64,000 nucleotides of DNA from Raillietiella orientalis (lineage: Eukaryota): contig JAYWIR010000002.1 in assembly GCA_036172245.1 (NCBI GenBank), forward strand, positions 6,758,001 to 6,822,000. The letters are read 5' to 3'. Both the position numbers and the translations under genes were made by a program. Of the stretch, positions 9,459 to 24,400 are shown piece by piece. Positions within the stretch are counted from its first letter, which is position 1, and every line of letters begins with the position of its first letter. The notes below the pieces were generated by a model. That model saw only the letters and a list, made by a program, of their open reading frames with translations. It searched no databases and was not told where the DNA came from.

Positions 9459-12400
9459 GTAATGCTGCATCTTTAGACAAAAAAAAAAAACGTAGAGCAT
9501 CGACTGGAAGCATGAATCAACGTTTTGTTGGGAACGCTATTAAGTGGAGTTATAGAGAGGAGAGGACACGCAGTTCCTTTACATATCGCAATATTGAAAA
9601 TTATAGAAATCCATGTTATTGCTTTTTCCCCTTGAAACAAGTGCAATGGATGCTGCTGCTTTGTACCACCCTTTTCTTGTGTTTAAATTGCAATGAAAGC
9701 TCACTTCTCTTCAGTGAAAATAAGTAACAGGTGATAATAAGCAATGGAGATGGGTTAATTGGATACATATTTGTTCAATTTGTGGTGGCGGGACAAGTGA
9801 AAACTGAATTCTTTATGTGCTGCAGTGTTGAGGGTTGTGTCTAACTGTGTCTGTCCATTAACTGGACAGAGAAATGGAACACAAGTAGCGAATTAGAAAG
9901 GCCAGAGTTGCGTGCCATGGGAGAAACCCAAATACCATTTCGATGCACTGTCTGTCGGTATATCTGTAAACGTTCCGGTGGAGCTACAATGTATCCCACG
10001 TTTCGTGGGGGGTAAGGGGGACTATCAAAATTACGAGATTCCAACTGGGGTAAGAAATACATTAGAGACGATCGAGTACACTGGAAACAGACCTGTTTGT
10101 CCATTACAGTGGGAAAGTACACACTTGAAGAATCTGTTATCCTCCTAGCAGTGAAAGCGTCGGCGATACATTTGATTTCTTTAACTGCAAGGAGCAAGCG
10201 GTGAATGTACAGATTGTACGTTAAACGTTTCCCTCTAAGCACTGTGATCGATTCCTGGAATGCAGTGCCGTATTTGCACAGATTCTGAAGCGTTTTCTCT
10301 TGTACGCTATTGAATGTACACGATGGGGCAAAGGTGGCAAAAATGGATCTATCGCCAAACGTGCTAAGCATCGTTGTCGTTTAAAAGTACATGGCAAGAA
10401 ACATGGTCCCCACTGTCAAATTAGAGCCAAGCAAACATTCTTTCAAGCAGAGTGTTTCCGTTTTCATTAATTACCAGAAAAGAAAAGCTGATGCGTGAAC
10501 TGTACGCTACACGTAGGGTACATGTGAATCGTACGCTGCTAGTAGGAAAGGTCACGAAGCTTTTTGCTGCTGAGTTTTTCCATCCAATGCTACCTTGTTA
10601 GATGGACCCATTAAGAAGTTGGAGGCAAGCAATCAAACAGCAGTTTTTGCCATATTGACAATGGGTTGATTGAGTATGTTTGAAATTTTCGTTTCTGATG
10701 ACCTCAAGTGCAGTTGGGTATAATAATTTGGAACGGGACACCTCAAGCACTATTCAATAAAGTGTGTGATCCCTGCATCATTCATCATTCAGCGTGCGAC
10801 ATAATAAGGATTCATTATGTATAATAATGACGATAATGCACTTGCGTTGTTTTTATGCAAAAGAAAGAGAAACACACACACAAAAAAAAAACACGACAGA
10901 GATGCAAAAAGCATTCGGTCTGCACTTTCCTAGCATCACTACGTTGTAAGAGAATTCATGAAATCGTACTGTTAGCATCAGTGGGATTTGGGAAGAGAAA
11001 ACGGGTGTTGTCAAAGTTAAGCCTTACAGCAAGCACAAAAGGAAAGCACTGCACAATAGAAAGACACCAGGATGCAAATGTTCCTTAAAGGAATCGCATT
11101 AAAGGTGCAGGAAAAAGATTTGATCACATGAAAAGAGAGGCAACTTACTACTGAACGGAGGAGTACTTTCCAGTCCTTTGGAAAAGATGCAAAATCTTTT
11201 TATTAATCGAAACATGTGGTTGTGAGGAAGCCATGTTGTCGAATTTTTTTTTTTGTAGTTGCGAGTCTCCCTGTAAGATGGCCACACGCTCATTCTGCCA
11301 GCGTCCACTCGCTGAAGATTCGATCTCGAAATTAAGCAACCTATTAGACTTTCTTGTGAGCTCAGAAGCTCAAGCTGACCCCGGTTGGTGTGCTGACTCT
11401 CTTTGAAAAACTACCTACAGCAAGCCATCTTGCCATCCGGCGTGTAAAACCGAATGGCATCCGAAACGAAATAGTTTTCTCTCGGATAAGAAAGTGTTGG
11501 GTGTACGGGTTTTCTTCGCATCCAAAGAATCACATGATGAAAAATTCTACCGATATATGAAAAAGAATTTCATTCACGAAGCTCTCGAGAATTGGGCAGT
11601 TTTTTCGAATCGTTTCATGCACGAAATAAGGCGAAAAGCAAGCAACCGATGCATCACTTGTAAATACACTAAAAGGCAGCAGCTCAATAAATAGTTTTGA
11701 CTGCTTTGCGTCCGTTGCATATTCATTTTTTGTTTTTCTGGAGAGAGACGGACGACTTTGTCAAAAGCCGATTTCTGAAAAGAAACGAAAAACCTTAGGT
11801 TCAATACATATCATACATACGAGAAATAACAGATTGTGTTGGAAAAAAGAATAACACATATGATAGGGATCACAGCGCTCGAAACAAGTGACTGGGTCCA
11901 ATGCTTTCTGGATCATCAAGAAGCAGGGAAAAAAGTGCCCCATAAAAAAAATAAATACAATACCCATGTGGATCATCAAATACAAGAACGTGCATTAATA
12001 CTTAAAAATGTATTCCATACATGAACACATTACAAATGCCAAAATGGAAAGATATATCTCGAAATTCGTTTCGATTTTGATATGCCTTTCCGAGGTTCAT
12101 TTGAATCCTTGTGTTGTGTTGTCTTATTTAGTTACATTTCAGCTCTTACCCAGCGAATACATTAGAGAATGTAACAAAACTACGGAGGAGCGCATGGAAA
12201 TGCTGCGGGAAATTTGCAAGTATCACCAGACTTGCGATTTTGCTGAGAGACTGGGAATGGAGACAGTTTATGGACTTTCTGTCATTCCTTTTGTGGTCAT
12301 TTTCCAAAATTATTCCATTGGAGAGATCATTGAAACTAAAATTCAAATTAGAAATGATGACAAGGTAATGTATCATTTTTCTGTCGATTTCTGCAGACTA

Positions 12401-15400
12401 AAGGGAAACTGGCAAAAGAATGGAAACATAAATATATAAATAAAAGCAAAGTCATCGACGGTTTAGTTTTCGTTTTTCTTGATATCATGTCGTAGGTTCC
12501 CCAAAATGTATACCTCAAACCAGCAGAACATCCCTACTTTACCTATTCTGCATCGTATAACTACTCTTCAAAACTGGCACCAGGAATGTCCTTTTTTGTT
12601 AACATACGATTCCGTCCAAATGAATCTGTGGACTACAGATCTTCCGTCATTCTCATTACCGACAGCGGAAGAATAACAGTACCAATATTCTGTGAGTGCC
12701 TTACGCTTTGATGTCCAATGTTCTTATTCACAAATGCGTTCCATACATTTATCTTCATCCGATCATTTTTCCTTAAGAGTAGTGCTCAGGACAGCAGTTT
12801 ATGTGATGCTGTTACGTTTTATGTTCATTACATTCACGTTATATCTTAATAACAATCTTGTATGTTATTTAATTCATTAGCAGGAAAAGCGAAAGAGTTC
12901 AATGGAGTCCTTGACGTCATGCGAATAGTTTGTGGTCCACCCTTTGGAAAGTTAACGAGTATTTGAAAGTGATTCAGCCACCACTGAATTCATGACAAAG
13001 CCAACATCGAACTTTTGATACCGCCGTGTGCACATATTGTGCAGTTTTCACATACAGTCAGCGCTTACGTTTCAGTAGTGATGTGGTCAAGGCGAATTCA
13101 GGAGTGAATGTTTTGATTGATTCGTGAAAGTTTGCAAAGTTTGCATATATATGAAAAGTTTGTTTTTCAAAAACACGCACGCACGCGCACACAAAACTTT
13201 ATTCTTCTTTCGTTCAGCACGGAACTTTCAGTTTCGAGCTAATACCTCTTGTGCAAATCGATCCTTTCAATGAGCCTATATTCAAATGCTGCTACGAAAA
13301 CGAGCATGGAATGTTTCCTCACCAGTAGAGGTCAAGTTTGCTAACATGACAGGAGAATTTCAATTTTCTTTCTCTTCAGCCATGCTTGCAAACCTATGAA
13401 CGAATGGCAATATTTTTCGCGCACGAAATGTTCACATCTCGATTTCTATCAGCTTGTTGGATCTAATGCTCTTGAAAAGTACCATTTCGTGTTCGCAGTA
13501 GTACTTTTAGGCAGGTTTCTTCTATCTAAAGGTGTTTGTCAGGTTTAGGCCCTAGAGCTCTGCTCAGCATACCCGATAATATCCAATTCAAGGATGTTCC
13601 TGTTAAAGATCAAGAAAAGAGATTCCTTTTCGTCACAAACACTGGCACGGAAGAAGCCCGCTTCACCCTGCATGCGGAAAGGTGGTATCTAACACTATTG
13701 TCTAATCCGTGAAGATCCCACGTGTCTAGTCCGTTCCAAGTGATGCCCCATAAGGCAATGCTAGAGAAAGGTGCATCTTGCCAAGTGGAAATAAGTTTCA
13801 GCCCTACAACTCTTAGCCCTGTTTCATCGTCTGTCAAAATCAAGTTCATTTCAGGTAAGCGATAGGTAGCTATCAAGGAATTTCCTCATTGCACCGCGTT
13901 GACATTAGGAGAAACCATAAGAGTCGACGTTACGGCTACGTCCAAGGAATTGGCAGTCTCCCTCAGCGATCCTCTTGTGATGATGGATCCCACTCATGTG
14001 AACCTGCAAAACACGAAATTCACATTCATCGAAAATAACAGCAGCCATAGTGCCATGTTCCAATGGAAACTGAAGGATGACAGCGTCAAGTAAGTCACGG
14101 ATTCCATGTTCATTCCATAGCATTTGTAGCACAGTTCCCTTTGGCCCCGGTGTTGTGTGCATCAGTGTAAACAAATCGTCGATTAAAACGGTTTCAGTCT
14201 TAGTATTCCAAATCGCTTGTCAATACTGTAGACGAGCGAGTCATCCTCGTGAGTCGCATCAACTCTTTTTTCTTGAAAATTACTTCCTTCAATCAGAAGC
14301 AGCGCCAAAACTCGCAGAAGATATCACTCGTACCGAATGATGCCGCTAACGAAAGATTCGGATTCTTTCAAGTTCCACGCTTTAAAATCTTTGCTTCCGT
14401 GTAATCCGCGAACCCATTTTTCTTGCTTCCGATTTCCTGAAAATGCTTTTCATTAAGCTGATTTTTCTCATACTTTAAAAATAAAGCTGCACAGCAGTTC
14501 TTTGGCTTCTGGGAAAAAACGGATGTCAGCACGCTCACGGGAATTTTCATTAATTTTTTTTTTTTTCCAAACTGATGATGAGGAACTTTAAGAGTTGAGT
14601 CCCGCAAAGGCCTCTTGAATCGAGTCATCTTGAAAGCGGTGGGCGCACATTACAAAATATCCCTCGCCCAACAACAACCGTGCACCCCGAAGATGCATTT
14701 GGGCGCAGCGATCCACTTTTGGTGGAACGTAGCCGAGGTTCCGCATAGCACGCCCTTCCATGCTTCGTGTATGTTTGGAATGTTTCTTCGAAGCCAGTGG
14801 CCAGAATCATCATCATCGGGAGAGCTGATCTTTTCTCCTGTTTCCTAGTGATTCCGCCACCCATCTGCCACCAAGCATCCCGCGTCGAGAGGCTCTCCCG
14901 CCGAAGTTCCACGGTCACCATTCTCCGGGAGTGGAAGATGCACAGGATGGGAAAAAAGACCTGAAGCCTCCCCACGAGACGGCGATCGCCTTCGAGCATG
15001 CCGAATTCCGCATACAGCCAATAGTTGCGTTTCGAAATAAGCACAAGTTTGTTTTAAAATGGCGCCGAATTACGCTTCGGGAGGGAGATGCAAATCGGGC
15101 CCACCTTGCGGTGTTTGTTGACATTCTGGCCATGACGCACTGGGATTCCTGATCAGAATGGCCCGTTGCTGTAACTGGTGCAATCGATGATTGCCTGAAA
15201 TTGTGTTTATGTTACTAACAAATTCGCCGTTTGCGCGCATGTGTGTGTGCCCGTTTTTCCTCCACGAATTCCTGTTATCCATCTAGAAGCATTTTTCCCC
15301 CCCCCCCCCCTTCTTTTCTTTCTTTCCGTTCTTTCTCGCCGTGAGCTTGTCGATAAATCGCAGTACTCATTGCTCACGTGGGAGCAAAAGTTTCGGCTCT

Positions 15401-18400
15401 TTGAAAAAAATTCTCAATCATTGGATGTTCAAGGGACTGGGGGTGGGAGGGAGGTCTTTCTCTCGGCGCTTTCTCAATGCACGAGTGCAAGCGGTGCTCT
15501 GGAAACACGCGCCAGGATCCGTTGCTCAAGGAAACGGAAGCTCCAGTTTATGCTCTCTCTAAAGAAACGTCTCGGAAGCATCATAGGGCATACGAATGTA
15601 TGATTTTCCTTTTTTTTTCCTGTCTTCCTTTTCATGTAGGAGGGCGTGGTACCCGGACATGGTAGGAAAAAAATTAGGATTTCGTTCGAACCCAAAGGAA
15701 TCCATCAGTCCAAGACCACAGCATACCTGCATGTGGTAGGGCAGGTAGCAAGACTTCCTCTGCAATTAATGGGACGAGGAGTCGGACCTACCGTCCAGTT
15801 TTCGGCGGAGAACGTGAACACTGAAAGAGTTGTTCTTCGCTCAACTCATCACTTTGAAGTAAGAAGTTTTCGCCATCATTTTTCGCTTCAAGCATTCTGA
15901 GCTGCTGTCCATCGCTAAAAAGTTTGACCGCGGAGAATTCCGATGCATCGAGTACACGCATGCTAATCCTCAGGGTGAATTCGCTTTCATTCTCCTTCCT
16001 CCTCAAATCACCGCGGCCATCTTCCATCCTTTTGCGAATGAATTTTGCCTTTGAAAACGAATTGAAAGGCAATTGAGAACCCATCTTTGACTGAACTGGG
16101 AGGAACTTCGAGTGCAAGAAGATCCTTGGCATTGGATCCACTGTCTCGATATTCCCGTTCGAAACCAGTACCCGGTTTTCTGGTTTTGTGTGGGTTAATT
16201 GCCTTGATTTCATGCTCCTCGCTTATGTAGTGACTTTACATTTTCCGGGGCTCAGTGTATTCAGATTTCTAAACAGCCCATACATCAGGTTGCAGTGATA
16301 AACTACGGAGCAGTCGAGACTGGCATTCGCTTTCATTCTTATGAGGCAAAAGAAAATGGTTCCGTTACTGTAACAGCCCAGCCTCGTCAGATGAATCTAA
16401 CATCCTTGCAGTGCTCTCGATTCATCCTGTCTTTATCGTTTGAGAAACTGGGAAAGTTTGGAATTGATGCGAACTTTGAGGTCGGGACGGAACAGCTCAA
16501 AACAATCAGTTTTAGGTAAGGATTCTTCGCCCTGGAATTTACGGTTCGAAATCACTGGCTATAAATGCGGGTGTCGGCATGGGTCACGAATGGCTTTCGG
16601 GAAGAATTCCGGATTCCAGAAAAATTGGGACTTTCATGCACAGGGTCATAGGATCTTATGGTTTTTTTTCTTTTTTTTTTGGAAGGGGGGGGGGGGTGAT
16701 TTGTTTGATCACACGCGTTCTGCATTAAATGCCGACACTTCACTTTAAACAATAACACATCACCTATGAATAAATTACAAAGAATGTGTGGTAACTGCAT
16801 TCCTTTCATGTGCCTATTATATGAAATTTGCAAAACTGTTTTCCAATGGATTTAAACGATCATTTCCATACTGTGTTTTTTTTCTTCTTCTTCGATCGAA
16901 GCGTTTGAGAGGTCAGGATCGTTTGCATAAAAAACACACACACACACACAAAATGCAAGAACCAAACCTTCACGTCTTCTAAGAAAAAATGAGTGTGCTT
17001 TTCCAATTCTGTTTCCGTTCTAAAAAAACCCAAGGTTGCACAAATCAGTGAAGAATTTCCATTTTTTCTTTTTTTTTTGCAAGCATTCGTGTAAAAATCA
17101 ACTCCTAACCAATGAACCAGGCGAAAGCAAATTGCCCGTTATCAGATCCAAAATACTTCTGGACTCTATAAAAGAGCTCACAATTCAAAATTCGATGCGA
17201 GTTTTTCTGAGGCAATTCAAATGATGCTCGTTTTCTATCATGATGAATTGTAGAAACATTTCTGTAAAAACTTTGCACGTGAGAAGAATGCAATGCCTGT
17301 TACCAAGAGAGCCCTCAATGAAAATAAAACGTCTTTCAACCAGACGCCAGTATTAGTCTGAATTTCTCGAACTAACCGATTCGCTGTCGGTGGTGTCCTT
17401 AATTCCCCTTTCCCCTTCCACGGAATCCTGGAAGGCAGAGCTTCTCGATCCTTCTGGCCACCTGGTCCACAAAACACTGTACAAGTGAACGATGCTCACT
17501 GAATGATACAACCTACTTGCTGAACACGCAAGAATGTTTTTAAACACCAACATCATCATCAGCTTCAGTCACGGAAGTGTTCCTGCTCGTCAAAATGCAA
17601 GAATTCTACATTTGGATGGAGTATCGAGATGAAATCAGGTGCATCGTAACAAAGATCTAAGGAAATGTTTGTTCAGGTGGACGATGGACTTCCGCGGACC
17701 AAAAGCTGAAAATCCAAGAGCAGGGTTAAAAAACGTTGAAAGGTGACCTGCTTCATACTGCTGGAAAGAAAGAACCATCGAGGATCCTGAAGCCTGATAG
17801 AAAACCTTCTTAAGATGGAGCACAATCTAATATGAACCGTACAATAAGAAAGCCTGTTTAACGCAGTCTGCCACCTTCTTTAGTCTGCCTTCAGTTCCTA
17901 TATCAAGGCCCAATTAGCGAACTTGTGTGTGATAAACAAGTGCGTTCAGAATTGCAAACTCTTTTCACGTTACGGGCACGCCAAGGGCTGACAAGAAATA
18001 GATGAAAGCATCGAAACAAAACTGATTAGAACAGAAATTTCGTTGTTCTGAGTCTCTTGATGAGGTCTTTGACATCCATGAAAAAATTCAACTAGAAGGA
18101 AATCACATGAAAAGAAATTTGCTCATGTCATGTGTGTTGTTCACGTGTATCAATTTCAACCATTTTGTTGTTGTTTTCGATTCCTTTACTGTTCTAGAGG
18201 AGAGGTAGTGCAGCCGGAGTTCCACTTTGATAAGACCACCATAGATTTTGGAACGGTTTCCTTAGGTAAGTTGTGCGAGATTCTAATCCGGCTTCTAGTG
18301 CGCACATAACGCTACCTGGCTTCTGGACGCTGTAAGATTTCGAAGAATTTTCTTTTTCGTGGAACGAAAGGAAGCTTGTAGCCCCAAGCATCTGCGCATG

Positions 18401-21400
18401 ATTGTTTTCTTCTTCTTCTTCTTCTTCCCTTCCCCGTTAGGATTCCTCAGCAACCAGAAATTATCCATATACAATCCTTCGTGTATTGGTTTCTCCTATT
18501 CATTCATCATGGAAAGCGACGGTCACGATTCCTGCTTCAGACAAACAGACTACTACAGAGAAGACTACCTCTCCCTGAATGTTGAGCATCCTAAGGAATT
18601 CTCCGTTTCTCCTCCGAACGGCTTCCTGGGAGGATCGTCGGCAGTCATTATACAAGTAAAGTGTTGCACTACTTTCTATTACATAAAGTAATTACCATGG
18701 GAATTTCGAGGCGAATGAGAATTTTCATTTTGATCAGCCAGCCTACCTTTAACCGTGAAAGAGAAACAGCACCTATCGATTATTGTGACCAGAAAACAAC
18801 TCACTTCACTGTTGGAAACTTTTGCAGCTTCCTCAGGTCAAAACAGAGTTTTGTTGCTGGGTTGACCTGTACTGCGTATAGAACTCCACAAGGAATGCAT
18901 TTAAGATTCGAACATCCGAGGACCTCAGAGAAACCTTCGAAAATTATCGACTTTCTGCTACTACCGGTGCGTGGTGCTTCCTAGCATGCCAGAATCTCAA
19001 ATGCATTCCGTGTGGAGTTCTGCAAAAAGTGTAAATTAGATCCAAACGTGCCTGGCGATGCCAGCTCATAGTAAGTTTCTTGACATCTTCCCGTTACTAT
19101 TTGCTGCCCACCATGCCAGAAACTCTTAGGAAAAAAAGAAGTGAATTCGGGAGTGTGGCCAGGAGTGAGAACATTGCCTAAAGTTTCGATCCAATGCTCC
19201 CAGTTCAATTCTTGACACGTTCACACACAGAGTGCACGTTCTGGTTCCAGTGAGCGGTGCCGTCAGCTGAGAAGCTGATTGACTACACGAAGACATCGAT
19301 CTGAAGGAACTAATCTTTAAAGGTCGCGCGCTTAGAATCACCACGCAGAACGGCTGCACCTTGATAAGCAAACGGTCCTCTGCATCTCAGCGTTTGACAG
19401 AAACGGCAAAGTAGGATCCACGGCAAAGTAGGAATTTCTATACAGGCTCAAGACGAAAACAGCGATGTCGTTTGCATGGGGGGGGGGGGGGGGGGAAACA
19501 ACACGTTTGATTCCTAAGCCGTACCTCTAGATGAGAGCCTGATCGAAATGGCAGGCTAGGGGGAAAGAAAGTTCTTAGGCTCCCGGAAACACGCTGGAAT
19601 CATCCGGCAAGATGAATGAGAGAGAGCGAGAGAAAACCAGACGGGAAGAAAAGGAGGGTGCTATTGAAAAAAGACCAAGGAAGGGTCCATCGCGAAAATC
19701 AAAATTTCAATTTACCCTTGAGAGAAGAATCGGAACCAACATCATTTATCTATTCTCGATCTTGCCCTCCATGTGAAAGAATCCAGTCAGCATCTTGAAT
19801 CATCTTGTATGAGCACTCGACTTTCTTCTAGAGCTGACTTTTCGAAGAAAGAAACAAATAACTGGCTCGTTAGAACGTGCATGAGAATAAGTAGGTTTAA
19901 TACTTCGCGGCACCTTTTCCATTCACCTCGTACAACTTCGAAACTGCTTGGCATCATTTCAATGTAATTTGTTAATGCCGAAGGAGTAATTCCCACCTTC
20001 AGAGTTGATAGTTATTTCGGTGTTTCCGTTCTCCTGGTCTTCTTGCACGGATCAGGACAATGGATCCGCGCTATCCATTCGGAAACTCGAGTGTTTGTTT
20101 TGTTTCGTTTCGTTTTTCCAGTTCAGAAAGTCTTTATTGCAAAGTGACACTTTTTGGAGTCGTCTGCTTGTCAAAGAAAGTCTGTTCGAATGAGCAAGAC
20201 CTGGCAGTTCCTCTAGGAAGGCATTCCTTTTGAGATTATGACAAAGTTGTCGGGCATGCCGTGTTCCTCCTCCACATTCCACGAGTGTCGGGTAGCTGCA
20301 TGTTTACACGGTTGGTTGCGTGACTCTGTACTTGTTTATGAACTGAGAGTAGTGGCCATACCACCGTTCTGCCATCCCGAAAAAAAAAAAAAAACAGTCC
20401 AGATTGCGAAGGAGGTGTTATGCCCACAGGTTTCGGCACTCGTAGTTGGGATTCTGTTTGCAGGAGTGGTTTGTCTGCCGAATCCCCCCAGCATGTAAGC
20501 GCATTGACATCTGTTCGAACCCAACCCTTTCGCATCTACTTTCGTTGTGCACGTTTTGCAAACTCCAGATCGACCTTCGTCTCTTCACTGTCTGGCGAAA
20601 TGTGCGCAGGCGGGCGGGTTGTGTTTTTTCTCCTTTTCGAAGGCAGGGATTTCCCTTTATGAAAAGCCTCTTAGCTATTATGCCACAAAGATCTGGTTCA
20701 TGTATTCTGCTGCAAGGGAAAGTTAATGAGATGAGGCTCCACTGATGCTTTGAACTTGATTTTGAAAGACTCGAGAACATGTTTTTGGGTTGGAGGATTT
20801 TATAGCCGAGCACTAAATCTGTCGGTTGCTGGCGATGCAGTTGCTTGGGGAGCGAGAATCTGAGCACGTTTGGAAAGGATCAGATTTCTCGCACTCATAG
20901 GCAGTTAGTCGCAGTTTCATGCTTCGAAGAGTGTTTTCCACCGATGACTCATGTGTTGCTCCAGCCATTGACATCATCGAGGTCTTGCTGGAAATTTCCT
21001 CACTACCTACACATCAAGCAAAGTATTCGTCGTTTCGGTGAACGGAACGGCCTTTGTTCGGTGTGTTTGGAAGCTGGTCTGTGTTTCTCGTCACCGTCCG
21101 GAGCGTGTTCTTTGCTTACATAGTCTGATGATCAGGGACAGTGATTTTCCGTGCGTCCTGAAAATAAAAGCATTGTCACTTCGCCTTCCCGCACGTCAGT
21201 AACAGCTGTCAAGTCGGGGGGAGGGGGGGAACGCAAATCATCATCTGTTGAGTCACTTTGATAAACTTTGGCTGAAGACGGAGCAAGTTGATGAACCGAG
21301 AAAAGCAACCTTGCTTCAGGCGAAATACCAACATCCATATAAAACACCAGAGTCTTCCGCATTTGCAGATTGCCAAGTCACCTTGTTTTCACATCTCTTC

Positions 21401-24400
21401 CACACATCGTAGGCGTCGGCAAATTAACCATGCGGTGGATACCTTTCCCAAATTTTTGGCAGCTGCAAAATTAACATGACTTGTCTATCTGTGTCTTTGT
21501 TCACTCGCTGAGGGGTTTGCAGCGTGATGCCTACACGATTTAATGCGTGGTGCATTGATTCAAAAGACAGATTCCTTTCGTCGTTTGCCATCAGCGTGCT
21601 GCGTGTGGTCGGTAAATTAAAAGTGCCTTCGGGAAACGTCGACGACTTCGGCTTCGGTGGGGACACCGGACGCTTTAAATACCGTCAGATATCCTGGGGA
21701 GCAACTTAAGGAAAGAACCCTCTCTTCCCCTAATTACGGCTGTTGGGCGACGAAACGTTTTCAGCATTTTGCTCGAATTTTCCAAATTTTGAGGCTCTGG
21801 AAAAAAGGGGGGCATCCAGCGTAGCTTTCGAGACTCACACAAACTGGGAAAAAGTTCCAAAAAAAAAAAAAAAGGAGGCAGGGGCGGGGGGAATTTAGGA
21901 TTTTATTGCCTAAAAGAAATGTCCTGAGGATTCTTCTTTTTACAAGCCCTTTAAAAACAAAACACCGATAAAAGCAAGATGTGTTGTCGACCCTCCTTTT
22001 CCCATTTCCAAAGAAAAAAATCGGAAACGGAAACATCTTGCTAGGTACATTGAAGCTGAAGAATAAGTGCCCCCATTACGGTACTCCAGGAAGATCACTG
22101 ACGGACTAACCTAATACCGAGTTAGCAAGATAGGAGAAGATGATGATCAAAGAGTTGAGAAAGCCTGTAACAAACATTTATCATGGATTCGAATCGCGAA
22201 TCCTCACTTTGCAGTTCTGTGCTCTTTGCTGAGTGTGAACACGGAACTGTGCGATAGCCACGGAATGTGGAGGAACGTGGCTTGCTCAACTTTGTCACAG
22301 CCTCAATGCAATTCTGGCTGGTATGCATGGCTAAGAACGATTATAGGTATTTTCCTTCTTGGATTCAGAGTTGGTCTGGATCAACAAGTGTTTCCCATGA
22401 AATGATTTCGGACAACCGAAAGATTGCCCGAAGATTTCGCTCGTTGTTTTTTTCAATCACTTAAAGTAACAGTTTTGGCCCTCGGAGGAAAACAACGACT
22501 TTCATTGGACGAAGGAGGCTGAAGAATCAGCATGCAGGAATGGGAAGCCTCGGTGCCACAGGAAACATACAAGAGGTCTCTCATTCCACGGAGAGAGGCT
22601 CTTGAAGACAAAGACATATGCACCGGAGATGGAGCGCAGCCTTCGGATTTGTTTGTTTGTTTGTTTTTTTCCAGCAATGGAATCCTCAGAAATGAAAAGA
22701 AATTAAAAGCACCGAACCGATTTCTCGTCGAGCAGCTGAGTCCTATCCACTCGTTTTCATCACGAATATACGATAAGGACCACAATGCAAAGTATGTCCA
22801 CACGATAAGATCGGATTAGGTACGGATCTCTTATCCACAAAAGAAGGGGTAGAAAGGAAAGAAGGTCCGAAAAGCAAGGCATCGAGAAGTACTAGGAAGG
22901 ACAGCACAGCGGATGTAGCAATGCCGCGTAAAACTGAAATTAAAAAAAAATGCAAAGTTGGGTGTGCGGACCCGTTCAGAGGATGCGACAAACTCAGTGG
23001 AAACTGCGCGAAATAGGGTTCAAACGTTTCTAACCATCCGATTCCGAATGTCTGCGTTACTGTGTGCCACGCGTGAGTTTTGATCGCTTCCCAAGGCGGT
23101 ACTCCATGGCCACGTGGGCCACAATCGTTTCCTAATTTCATACAAAATCATATGAGTATACAACCACATGATTTCTGCTGCTGAGAAAATTTCCAGGAAT
23201 AGACTCTTCCGGGAAAATGTTCTCCATTACTCACAAACTGGAGTCTCTCATGAGTTTGAAAATGGAACCAGTTGAAAACTCCTTGAAAATTCATCTATCC
23301 AATAGTCTCATTCGCTTTTTACCATTTTTCATTGGATTCTTCTGCACACGGAATAGGCCTTGTGGCTGTTTTGCATCAGTTCAACTAGCCGTCCGTCATA
23401 TTCCTCTAAATTAGGATGTTTTCGTTGAAACCAAAACTTGACCAATCCCTACCCGACCTTAGTTATCGGATAAAACAACTCCTCTCAGTCCAAAAGGATC
23501 GATACGTAGAAAACATTCTGTAAAATGATAGAAATCTACCCCCCTCCCCCCCTTCCTTCGATTTCAGATAGATCTAATCCCCAACTACTTCAAACTTTAC
23601 GAGAACAATCTCATCATGCTGATCCAAGAGACAGTGGTGGCGGCTAAAATCCCCATTCGAGCACGGTGTCATCGACCAAAGATCGACTTGCATGTCTTCG
23701 GCCCGGAGCAAAAGCATGAGCTGGCGACGTTCCTCAAGAAAAGGATAGAAGACGTTGATAGTTTGAAAGGTAAGCCGATTCGCTTGCTTCTTGAGAACTG
23801 GCTCGATTGCTTTCAAGAGGGGGCATCTTCCCCGAGAGGCTGCAGGAATGCAGAAGGGAAGACTTTGATCATTCGTCGCGGTTTCATTCGTTATCTCTAT
23901 GAAGGAACGGTGGTACTCAGCAACCACTCTGATGTTTGGAGTATGTACCATCTTCGTCCACAACGAGTGCGTGCGATCCTCAGAAGCACGCAACGGATTA
24001 ATCCCCGTTCAAGATTTCAGCCGAAGATCCACCAAAAATTCTGTTCCATAGTTCCCAACCTGTAGAAGATCTGGAACCCAAGAAACACACGATAATACCC
24101 ATCATCATGTCCGTTCAAGAAACGAAAAGGCAAACAGTCAGCGCACAGTTGAGTCATCACTCCACCCATCACATTAACGCCGCGTTGTCTACGCAGAATC
24201 GATATACTCGGAGTGCAGGATGCACCCCTCTCTTTCCAAGTGGTTGCTTACGGAGAAGGCCCCATTGTCTTTGTGGAGCCGTCCATTTTGGATTTCGGAG
24301 ACCTCCCTGCATTGATGGAAATGGAAAAAACCATCTGCTTGCGCAACCAGAGCCCTATTCCAGCGAGCTTCCGTGCATGCATCAAGGTAAACTCCAAGGC

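Noticed and set aside
9917..10200. PFRCTVCRYICKRSG zinc-finger-like peptide and nearby splice-like sites, suggesting a nested gene
   Set aside because: No His pair to complete a C2H2 finger, and I could not build a stop-free spliced model.
19403..19433. 14-bp direct repeat ACGGCAAAGTAGGA twice (also an 11-bp tandem repeat at 44219-44240)
   Set aside because: Isolated two-copy micro-duplications with no array or associated element.
20355..20366. GGCCATACCACC, matching the 5' end of 5S rRNA
   Set aside because: Only 12 nt match; there is no internal control region or remainder of 5S.
21124..21165. CTGATGA...GAAA hammerhead-like core (similar candidates near 14573 and 21272)
   Set aside because: Stem II cannot form in the required register, and stems I and III are missing.
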